DNA of 53,315 bases from a virus (taxonomy: Duplodnaviria > Caudoviricetes): the IMG/VR virus record IMGVR_UViG_3300032087_005336, positions 1 through 53,315 of that record. The stretch is one strand, 5' to 3'. Numbering within the stretch: the first letter of the stretch is position 1; each line of letters begins with the position of its first letter. Below are positions 9,895 to 20,200 of this stretch, piece by piece. The notes under the pieces are model-generated. The model did no database searches, was not told where the DNA came from, and saw only the letters and a list, made by a program, of their open reading frames with translations. Made by a program: the position numbers and the translations under genes.

Positions 9895-10350
9895 CTATTT
9901 ATTCAAGGTCTCATTTTGCATATTTTCAAATGACTTGCTATTTAGTAACTTGGATAATTCTGCTGTAGATCCGACAAAAAGTGCATTATTAACAGTTGTT
10001 GGACCCTGCTTTTTCGTATCCTGCTCCAAGTCATGCATTTTTTTCTGCAAATCAATTAACTTGTCAGTAGCATCAGAAACGTTCTTAATTAATTGACCAG
10101 CAACTTCATATGCTCTTGGCATTTCCGTTTCTTGTGCCAACTCAAGAATTCCATTAATTGCTTCTTGACCTTTTTCTATAATAGAATATAAATTTCCTCT
10201 AGTATATTCATAGTCATTTGTTATATCATCTTTTTTGATGGGTTTTTCTTTTTTAGATTCCTCAACAATTTCAGAAGATGCCTCTACTTCAACAATAGGT
10301 GCTTCTTCTTCAATATTGAAAGTTTCATTTAGATCTTCAAATTTTCCCAT
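9895..10350 (-). CDS. gp16: Terminase small subunit
   Basis: DYEYTRGNLY...PRAYEVAGQLIK...NNALFVGSTAEL motifs; directly follows gp15. Confidence 0.93.
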   Translation of the reverse strand: MGKFEDLNETFNIEEEAPIVEVEASSEIVEESKKEKPIKKDDITNDYEYTRGNLYSIIEKGQEAINGILELAQETEMPRAYEVAGQLIKNVSDATDKLIDLQKKMHDLEQDTKKQGPTTVNNALFVGSTAELSKLLNSKSFENMQNETLNK

Positions 10351-11363
10351 TAGATAAATCCTCCATCAAATCCAAAGTCATCTCCCAATTCAACTAGATT
10401 ATCATCAGCAGATGTAATTACAGTGACATTAGTTCCAGAAACATGGGCAGTTGCTGTAGTATTATTTTGTGCTCTTCTAACCAGAATCTTATTATCGGAA
10501 TCGGATTTCTGCTTGACATACATTACTTCACTATTGATGGAGATATAAGTATCTTCTTCAACACCACCAATGGTTTGTAGTTCAACAATTTCATCGGTTT
10601 TAGTAATGTCTGCTGCCGTTCTGGATAGAACTCCATCATCATATTCTTTAATTGCCTTAGGTTCTACAGAATATGTAACGTCTCTCTGATTCTTTTCTGC
10701 AGCACCTGTAGTTGCAAAGTAACCAACCTCTGCTTTCTTGATAATTTTCGCACTGACATCCCTTGTAACAGGACCAAATAGATATGTCTTTGCACTAAAT
10801 CTTAGTGTATAAATGAGCGCCCTTCTAGTATCAAAATTTCCTTCATATTGATCATCCATCGAGATTCCTTCCAATACAATAGGAACGTCTCGTTTTTCAT
10901 TAATTTCATCAATTAACTCAATTGTTAAGTTGTAAGATGGTTGAAAATATGGTAAAATCTGCTCTACAATTTGAAGTGCATCATCATTTAATTTGGTGTA
11001 AATATTTAACTCAAAGTCCATATTATATGGAACTGGCATATATGCTTTTTTTATTTTTCCATCACCAGTTGTTGAGGGTACTAAAAACTTTTGAGTTGTA
11101 GTTACTTTTCTTGAAGAATCATATTGAAGACCAACAAACTCAAATGACATTCTTGGCAAAGTAATTTGAGTTGCTTTGTTTAGATCTTCAACTTGCTCCA
11201 ATCTTGCAAGAAATTTTTGCTGAGGTGCATATGCAAGAGGAACCTTTACAGTGCTTACTGTATTATTTGAAGAATCTGTAGTCTTTATTGAAATCCCATT
11301 AAAAAGAGTACCAAAACCGATGACGGTTTTGCGTAAGATTTCGTGGTAAAAATATTCAAACAT
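10350..11363 (-). CDS. gp15: Tail sheath stabiliser / tail terminator
   Basis: YFYHEILRK...FGTLFN...VPLAY...LPRMSFE...PVPYN...QIVEQILPYFQP; synteny. Confidence 0.93.
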   Translation of the reverse strand: MFEYFYHEILRKTVIGFGTLFNGISIKTTDSSNNTVSTVKVPLAYAPQQKFLARLEQVEDLNKATQITLPRMSFEFVGLQYDSSRKVTTTQKFLVPSTTGDGKIKKAYMPVPYNMDFELNIYTKLNDDALQIVEQILPYFQPSYNLTIELIDEINEKRDVPIVLEGISMDDQYEGNFDTRRALIYTLRFSAKTYLFGPVTRDVSAKIIKKAEVGYFATTGAAEKNQRDVTYSVEPKAIKEYDDGVLSRTAADITKTDEIVELQTIGGVEEDTYISINSEVMYVKQKSDSDNKILVRRAQNNTTATAHVSGTNVTVITSADDNLVELGDDFGFDGGFI

Positions 11364-11372
11364 GGTATTAGA

Positions 11373-12812
11373 TTAAACTCTTCCAAATGGGTTTCTTTCT
11401 GTAAAGTCAAGAATGTCATCAGCTTCTGACTGAATAACATCATTTTCATCATATGCTTCCACTAAATTAAATTCATCATCAGATTGATCATTCTCACTAC
11501 TGTCATCAATAAGTGGATTTGTAGTAATAGTATTTAGGATTACAATTTTATGTTGTGCTCCAGAAGTTTCACCAGTAACTATTTCATTATGTAAAAATTC
11601 TCCACTAATATTAGATAATTGAAGTTCTTTATCACTTGCATTCCAATCTTTAACCCTTGCCTTAGAACCAGAAGAACTTCCAGTAACGATTTCATTAAAT
11701 ACAAAGTTTCCAGAACCAATCTGATTTGGTAGTGAGAATGTGATATTTGGAGCAATAGTATAACCTGATCCAGGATTAGTAATTCTTACAGCAGAGATCG
11801 TATTATCATTTGCAAGAATTGCTCTACCAGTTGCTGTAGTACCTCCAGACACTGGACTTGAAAATGTTACAGTTGGTTCTTCTATGTAATTTGACCCAAC
11901 AGAAGTAACCGTAATTACTCCTACAGCACCTGTAGTTACAATACCAACAGTTGCTTCTGCTCCAACACCAGTTGTTTTGCCACTAAATGTTACTAGTGGA
12001 GCAACTGTATATCCAGCACCTGGATTGGTAAGTTCTATACCCTGAATTGTTAGATATTGATCACCACCAGATCCTATTGTCGTTCTTCCCGTTACAATAC
12101 CTACAGCATCAATCCCACCAGAGGGTGCTGTAGATATTCCTAAAGTTATTGGTGCATTATATCCGTAACCAGTTGCTGATATTGTGAAGAGACCTAAAGC
12201 ACCATTAACAATACCAGTATATGCAGATGCAGTTTCACCAATACCAGAAACTGTATATGTTCTAATATAACCAATTTCTTGAACTTGAGTATCAATCTCA
12301 TCTACACCAGTATCAAGAACTTCAGAACCATATCTGAAGAGTTCACATCTCAATTCATAGACATAGTTTTTCTGTAATTGGTAAAACGGTTGCTCATGTT
12401 CAACAAACTTAATTTCAAATAACCTCTGACCTAATGGGAAATAAATTAAATCTCCTTCTTTTGGTCTAGTTGATAATTCAATATTGGGTAAGTCTTTTAT
12501 CAAGGGTGTGATATAATTTTCATATCTATCTTTTGAAATAATAAGAGTCAAATCATCGACATCCTGGATACCAAATTTAGATAGTAAGGTTCCTTGACCA
12601 TCATATCCATCAAAGTTATTAACATATGCTTCGATTGGATATGCATTATTAAATTCTGATTGAATAACCTCTTCAATAACAGTATTTTTTGTAAGATATC
12701 TTCTTGGAATATAATAAACCTCAACCCCATACATTCTCAACTGCTCGTTGATTAAATCTTGTACGAGATTTTGTTCACTTCGTGAACCTTGTTGGAAAAA
12801 TGGATTTAACAT
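11373..12812 (-). CDS. gp14: Neck protein, extended with GxGYT-P repeat insert
   Basis: EQNLVQDLINEQLRMYG...RPKEGDLIYFP...FEIKFVEHEQPFYQL; C-terminal DFTERNPFG. Confidence 0.92.
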   Translation of the reverse strand: MLNPFFQQGSRSEQNLVQDLINEQLRMYGVEVYYIPRRYLTKNTVIEEVIQSEFNNAYPIEAYVNNFDGYDGQGTLLSKFGIQDVDDLTLIISKDRYENYITPLIKDLPNIELSTRPKEGDLIYFPLGQRLFEIKFVEHEQPFYQLQKNYVYELRCELFRYGSEVLDTGVDEIDTQVQEIGYIRTYTVSGIGETASAYTGIVNGALGLFTISATGYGYNAPITLGISTAPSGGIDAVGIVTGRTTIGSGGDQYLTIQGIELTNPGAGYTVAPLVTFSGKTTGVGAEATVGIVTTGAVGVITVTSVGSNYIEEPTVTFSSPVSGGTTATGRAILANDNTISAVRITNPGSGYTIAPNITFSLPNQIGSGNFVFNEIVTGSSSGSKARVKDWNASDKELQLSNISGEFLHNEIVTGETSGAQHKIVILNTITTNPLIDDSSENDQSDDEFNLVEAYDENDVIQSEADDILDFTERNPFGRV

Positions 12813-12816
12813 AGTA

Positions 12817-13659
12817 TCAACCGATCATGTCTAGTGGTGGAAGTTCATAAGTAGATGACATTCTCTCCCTAATTCTTTCTAACTCTCTTTCCGCATCATC
12901 AAACATTTGACGACCATTAAGTTCTACACCACCAGGAAGTTTTACTCCTTGGAACTTCATGAGGTTCTGACCCCATTGCCTCTTTACAAGGGCAGTCAGA
13001 TACATCTTAAGGAACGAATCGTTCCATACCTGAGTATATGTGCTTGGATCCAAAAGTCTCCAGCAATCTATAATTAAGTAGTCATTTTCAATAACTTGAC
13101 CCCAATCCATATCAACATATAATCTATCTTGCCTCTGATTGAATCTAAAATGCTTAAGTGGATTTAGAAGATGATCAATATCTGACAGTTTTGTTTGAAC
13201 CATAGAATATTGTAGAAGATCAATAGAATCCCAATAATATAAGTCATTCAAGAAAAGTTGATACTTCACACTAAACATGGATCCACTTGTAGCGGATGAA
13301 GATGCCATTCTAAAAATCTTATTTACACCTGTAACAGAACTAGGAACAGGTAAATAATTTGAATTTTCTTCAAAAGAAAATGATGATGTAGAACCAACTG
13401 TTTGTGTTACAGTTTCTGTAGTAATTCCTGATATTGTGCTACTTCCTCTAGATCTTCCCCTATCAATATCATCTTGGGTTATCTTATACTTTAAATATGT
13501 TCTAACTACACCATCAAAGTGTCTCTCATGAAAATATTGCAATGCATCATCAACTAGATCATCAATCTGCTCATCAGCAACATTGATTTCTAGAACAGGA
13601 GCACCTAATTGTCTCTTAACATAATTAATTAGATCTTGTCTAGATGATGGTTGTGCCAT
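12817..13659 (-). CDS. gp13: Neck protein
   Basis: LGAPVLEINV..EQIDD; KRQWGQNL.KF.GVKLPGGVELNG; late-promoter-like CTAAATA at 13679-13685. Confidence 0.93.
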   Translation of the reverse strand: MAQPSSRQDLINYVKRQLGAPVLEINVADEQIDDLVDDALQYFHERHFDGVVRTYLKYKITQDDIDRGRSRGSSTISGITTETVTQTVGSTSSFSFEENSNYLPVPSSVTGVNKIFRMASSSATSGSMFSVKYQLFLNDLYYWDSIDLLQYSMVQTKLSDIDHLLNPLKHFRFNQRQDRLYVDMDWGQVIENDYLIIDCWRLLDPSTYTQVWNDSFLKMYLTALVKRQWGQNLMKFQGVKLPGGVELNGRQMFDDAERELERIRERMSSTYELPPLDMIG

Positions 13660-13681
13660 TTTATTACAGCTTTAAAATTAT

Positions 13682-14068
13682 TTAGGGAGCAGAAGAAATA
13701 CCACTTGTAACAAGTAAGTTTCCATCTGCGATTTTATATACTGTTGTCCCAGAACTAACTAAAACATCATAATAATATCTCCCTTGAGTAAGTGATCTAG
13801 TATCAGTTGCACCCATTGCAATTTTAAATTGACCGTTTGATGCACTTACAAAACTAAAGTCAAATGTTCCGTGGGCATACATTGAAGACCCAATAGAAAC
13901 ACTTTTTGTCATTTGTGATGAACCAGACCAATCACTAAAATCAAATGCAGAACCATATTGATCTACAGTTGTGAAATTAACTTCAAAATCAGATCCAGCA
14001 AAAAGACTCAAGTTTACACCATAGGGAACACCTGAACTTGGATTGAAAGTTATTCTTTGATTAGACAT
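13682..14068 (-). CDS. Small putative virion structural protein
   Basis: 128 aa, GRYYYDVLV motif, position upstream of gp13 typical of cyanomyoviruses. Confidence 0.7.
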   Translation of the reverse strand: MSNQRITFNPSSGVPYGVNLSLFAGSDFEVNFTTVDQYGSAFDFSDWSGSSQMTKSVSIGSSMYAHGTFDFSFVSASNGQFKIAMGATDTRSLTQGRYYYDVLVSSGTTVYKIADGNLLVTSGISSAP

Positions 14069-14268
14069 TTGAGCAGATCCTTAATTTCTTGGAGATCATC
14101 TTTTAGTGATTTAACATCTTCTTCAATTTTTGTCACCCTTTCAGTATCTTTTTTACGATACTTTAAGGAGTTCATGTAATTTTTATATTCTGTCATATTG
14201 GTATTCACAATTGCATTTGTTTCAGAATCTCTGAATAAATTTGAATGATTTTCTACTTTAATTTTCAT
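14050..14268 (-). CDS. Small coiled-coil hypothetical protein
   Basis: Likely start MKIKVENH (ATG 14266-14268) just after the VrlC stop; LFRD..TNAIVN motif and heptad C-terminus. Confidence 0.7.
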   Translation of the reverse strand: MKIKVENHSNLFRDSETNAIVNTNMTEYKNYMNSLKYRKKDTERVTKIEEDVKSLKDDLQEIKDLLKCLIKE

Positions 14269-14269
14269 A

Positions 14270-17200
14270 TCAAGCAAATGCGATGGTTCTCAAATCACGG
14301 ATTCTTGGTGGATAGCACTGATTTGTGGAGGTTGCCACCAATTTAATGCTAAAGTATTTAAATGATGGTAGATCTTCAATAGTAAACTCATAATCTTTAA
14401 ATGTTAATGCTGTAGATTCAAATCCTTTGTTATCTGTTGGTGATACGAAAGAATCAGATCTTCCATCATTATCATTAGGATCAATAATTTGCCCATCTTC
14501 CTGTAGATTATTATATCCAGGGAATGGATAGTAAATCAGTTCTTCTGATGGTTCATTAGTAATTGCATAGAATGCACGAATGTCAGCAAAATTATTAATA
14601 TATGCTGCCAGAACAACTCGTAGGTTATTTGCTGGAATTTCTAATCCAATTGGTTTAGTTGCATATATGAATGCTGAAGGATCATTCTTCAGTGTTGAGG
14701 TTCTTTGATCATTTGCATAATCTGAAATTACACTGTTGACTCTATTTGAAACAAAGATAATGCCAGTTCTATCTAAGTCAATAACAGGAGATACTCTTGG
14801 ATCATAGGATCTCATGTTAATTTCAATCTCAAGTGATTTATTACCTGGAAGATTGGTCAATAAATTGTCAGAATTGACCTTAGATGCAATCAATCTTGGA
14901 GTATCAAAATAATTGTCACTATCAAGACTAATGCTGCTATAACCTGCGTCTTCAAAAGAAACTTCGTTTCCATTTACACTTGTTGCAGTTAGAGTTCTTG
15001 CTCTTGCATCAATTCCAGTTTTCTGTAAAATCATATGTTGAATCATTGGCTTCATGATTTCATATTGAATATTCTGAGTAGCAGTAATATTTGATCCACC
15101 AGTGGATTTGGTTTGATTTAGATATAATGTTGGTAATGAGGATGAATTAGACCTATCAACACCATCTGAAGAATTATCAATCTTAATGGTGTAATGATCT
15201 AAACCAATTGCGTCACTGACAGTAGCATCCTGAAGTTGATGTTCCTTATTGATTCTTCTGAGAGAAACTCCAGAATTTTCATACTTATAAACAAGATTGT
15301 CAGTCTCATAAGATCCAACAAAAGTAGAATCAATTCCTCTAGTAATATCTGTTAATGTATTTCCAACAACTCCTTCATAGGAAATGATTTCATCTCCCAA
15401 TTGGATATAACCTGGATTAGTAGTTCCAACTCCAACACCTTCAAAAGTTGCAAATATCGATGAATCAGAAATAACAATATCTTCAGTTGAGGTTCTGCTA
15501 TAGTCACTTGAGAGTTTAACAGGTTGTAAATCAGATACTACATCACCAACAATTACATTATTTGTCAATGCGTGCATACCATGATTTAAATGATTGACTT
15601 TAATATGTAAACCATCAGTGATTACTCTTGGTGAAGAATCTAGTGTGACGGATGCATTATTACTAAATTCTGAAGTAATACCTGAAGAATTAATATATCT
15701 CAGTGTTTTTCCAGACCCAACATTAAAGTCACCCTGAACTTGATCAAGAATCAATTCATTAATACCAAAGATTTCAGATACTGATAGTTGTAGATTTCTA
15801 CCTATGCCATCACCTACTGATGCTGTAACAATATCACCAACCTTGAATCCATTTCCACCTGATAGAATTGTTGCTCCAATTGCAACTCCATTTTCAACAA
15901 AGATATTTGCAGTGGCATTCTCCCCTCTTCCAGTTAAACTTTCTAAGGTGACACCATCATATTGATAAGTTCCTGCTGAAGGAGTTAATCCTAAACCAGC
16001 ATTAACAATTGACATTGTACCAGTAGCAATACCAAGACCCATTACATAGTTACCAGTAGCATTTGAATCATCTTGAGTTACTGTATTTCCTGGAACAATC
16101 TCAGTTCCCCATCCAACAGCAGTTGTTCCAAGTCCAACAATAATTCTTCTTGACCCAACATCTAGAGAATCTTTCTTTAGAACTGGAATATGTGAATTAC
16201 CATTATTAAGGTCTGGATTAAAGAAGCTAATTGTTCCTTCTTCAACAAAGTTTGCTCTATAAAGGTCAAACTTCAAATCTTCATACTGACTTGGTGTCCA
16301 AGTTGAACTATTTTGTGATTTGAATAGTGAACCAAGATCTGATTGCTTTGTAATAGGAACTTGCTCAGATTCTGGAAGTGCTAGATTAGCAACGTCAACT
16401 TCACCAAGACGTGAAATCCATAGATTAAATCCAGTAGTATTAGATCCTATAACAATACAGTGTTCTTTATTTCCCTCAAGGTATACAGGTGCTGGGAAAG
16501 TTACATTAGTAGCAACACTAGCATCATCAGATACTTTTACATCAGTATCTTTTAGAACAACATGAGAAAGTGGATAAATCTCAGTCGAAGAAGGAAGACC
16601 ATTTACCATTGGTCTCAATTCAACGAAACAAGTTTCATCTACACCAGCACTTTGGAAGTACAGATCTACACCAGTAATAAATGCTCCAGTGCTATCTTCT
16701 GCACTACCGACGAAGAAAGACTGTGCAAGAGGATCATCATCTCTTCTTCGTGGTGTTACATTAGTAATACGATTAGTTACATTTCTTACATTTGTAACAT
16801 TGGTAACTCTGGTTACATTAGTAACATTTTGTGTTACATTTGTAACATTAGTGATGTTAGTGACACGTCTTGCATTTTGAATGGCAACTCTCTGACGATT
16901 AAGTTCGTTTTGAATTGCACGGTCTCTCCTTGCAAGAGCATCAATTCTATTACCTTGCTCATCAAGTCTATTGCCTAAATCATCAACAGCATCTTCAAGA
17001 TTATCTACTCTTCCTGGAAGTTCTAGAAGTTCTTCGGGTAAAGTAATGTCAGGTACTGTTAAATCAACATTTGTATTCAGATCAATAACACTTTCAGAGG
17101 TTTCTGAAATGTTTCTAGACTGAGATGTAAATGCATTTGTTACTTCTACATTACGTGTAGAAATTACAGTCCCTTGAACCTGAGCAATATTGCCAGAGGA

Positions 17201-20200
17201 GAAGAATGTCTTTTCGGCACCAGTAGTTTGAATCCCATCTGGAAGATTCAAACTGGAAGTATCAATAAGTTTGAATGTTGACTCACCACTTCTGAACTTA
17301 GGAGTGGTTGGTGCATTTGGATTTGGAATATAGAAAGAAGCAACTAGAGAACCAGTCTCATCAGAAATCAATCTGAGATTTTTAACTCTTGCTCTTGCTC
17401 CACTAGTTCTACCTTCAAGAATCATTCCTGTTTCAATATAACCATAATATTGACCTTGAGTCTGGATACTTAATGATGAAGTATCAACATTAAGTATTGT
17501 AGATGAAGTAGAATAGCTTGTTGCCATTTCTTCACTTGTATATGGATTGGTCTTGTAAGTATCAGTAGGATTCTTAAATGGACCAGTTCTATGATTAATT
17601 TGTGCAGATCTGAATCTAATGTATGGTGCATCACCATTAATTGACGGTTTGATAGTTCCACCACCAATTAATTCACCCTCACTAAAGGTTCCTGAAATCA
17701 TTTCGATTTCAATAAGTTTTGGAACACAGTACTTAGTTACTGGAACAGAATCAAAGAATGCATACAATTGAGTATTTGGTTTTAGTTCCTTAGAAGAAAC
17801 CTCAAGGTTTCTTGATCTCATGAATGAGGTTACATTCAATGATGCAATTTTATCACCTAAACTAATTCTATTACCTGGAACTGTTTGAACCCTTGAAGAT
17901 AGACCAGCTTGAGTTGCTGTTCCAGATCTAGTTGTTTCTCTAACAGTGATGCTAGTATCAACTGTAGCACTACCTCTAGTTCTTAAGTTGGTTGCAGGGG
18001 AAGATGATGTGTCACTAGATTGAAGAGTTCTATCTCTAATAGTTCTTCCAGTCCATTCTTCATTCCAACCACCCCAGAGAATTGGAGACCATCCTGCCTG
18101 AGGATCTAAATCATCTGGTGTTGCTTCTACATTAGTTACATTATATCCACCAATCAATCCTTCAACTGTTTGAGTTTCAATTCTGGATTGTTCAATCCAC
18201 ACATCAGATGATGGATTGAGTGTGATTACACCAGTGTAGAAAGTTACAAAATATGGTGCAGCATTTGCAATTCTAGTAGCATTTTGCTGAGAAGTTAGAA
18301 GGGTCTCAGTATAATCAAGAGTTAGTAGACCCATTCCTTGATTATCATCAGATCCATAAAGATTTAAAGTTGATCTTCTAACATTATTACCAATAAGATC
18401 ATTAACATATACTGGATCAGCATCAGCATCAAAAGGACCTTGTACACCAGTCAAAGCGGTTGAACCAAGGAGCATATCTAACTCTGTTGTGTAAGATGAT
18501 GCTCTCATCTCATTATTATTTGGATCAATACTATTTTTTGGTCCGACTTTGATTTGATTATTTGTAGTTGTAAAGTTATCTACAAAGAAACCAGACTTAA
18601 ATCTGTCATTTCCTTGAGAATCTTTAATCTCTAAATTAGCAGTGTTAGTTTCAAGTAAAGATAGTGAAGTATAATATTCTAGATTCTTAATTCTATCTTC
18701 TAGTTTAGCAATATCTCTCATCTGATATCTCTTGTGAGATATTAGATTGATTTTTGCATCAGAAGTGGATCTTAAGTATGCAGGTAAACTGACTACACCA
18801 ATTTCTAAAGCATCATTTATTGGTAGTGGTGGTTCTGGATTTTCTGCGGAAACGCCATTTAAAATTTGAACGGTCTTCTGCTTGGTTAAGTAAATTCTAT
18901 CAATTCTTGGTAGATAGATTGAATAATCTAATTTTATATCTTCATCACTTGCTAAAATATCAATATTATTATTTTGAGTCGTCTCAAAACTTCTTCCTAG
19001 GAATTCAAATGGAGATCTAGATCCTTCTGCTACAGCATAAGGTTTTACTCTTGGTCTAATATCAATCAGATCTGAATGTCTATAACCATTTGTAGAAGAA
19101 ATATCATTATAATCAAACTTTTGATAAGAACTTACATCTAACAAACTTCCAGTATCTGTTGAATCAATAGATGCTTGTTCGTAGACAACTAGAATACGTT
19201 TTGTTGGAGATTCTGTATTTGGTTTTCTAGAAATTCTAGAATAATCATAAATTGTATTGCGTAAACCTTTGTTTAATGTATATCTACCAATAATATTATT
19301 ATCTCCCTCAGTAAGTGAATCTGCAGTTGCAGTAATTCCAGATTCTTTAAATGTTAAGGTTTCTCCAGATACGAATTTTTTATCATTAAGTGGAACAATT
19401 TCTGCCACTGTTGAAGATACTTTTGTAACTAAGATGCCAATTGCATTGCTAGTTTCACCAAAAATTTCTTCACCATCTAAAGCATCATTAACACTAGAAT
19501 TTAAGCTACTGATATTTGATACAACTAGTCTTGGAAGAGAAGGATCACCAATTGTAGATGACTCATATACGGCATATAATTTTGTTACATCGGGATCTAA
19601 TAGACAAATGTCATCATCTTGAATTCTAGTTCCATATGGATAATTTCCATAAGATAATCCATCATTTAATGTTGTTGCACCAATACCAGATCCTTCAAGA
19701 TTTGACTTGTTTACAATAACAGTCTTAACTTTATTTTTAGTCTTAGTTATAGACTTGATTGATGCTTTTTTGAGTGTTGCAACTAAAGTAGCACTTCCAG
19801 TTGTTGAAAGACCTTTAATAATAAGTTCTCTACCACCACTAGTAATAGTAAACTTATCGGATGTTAATATTTCGGTGCCACCATCTTTGTTTGTTACGAT
19901 ATATCTTTCTTCATCAAAGGGTAAGAAAGTTTCACCAGTATTTAAATCTTGAGGTAAGATTGTAATTCTTCCTCCTGTTGGATCACTAGTAATTGTTGTA
20001 TTAAATGATCTTCTAATGGTAATGCTAGAATCTAACAGTTTTACATCAGAAATGTTTGTTTTTGGTAGTGGTGTATATAAAGTATTATCTTCAGATGCTT
20101 GAAGTACTGTAGATACTTTATTTACATCAATCAAGTCAATTTGACTGGATGGTAATGCACCAACACAAATACCACTAACTGGCTGAACTGCTTCTAATCC

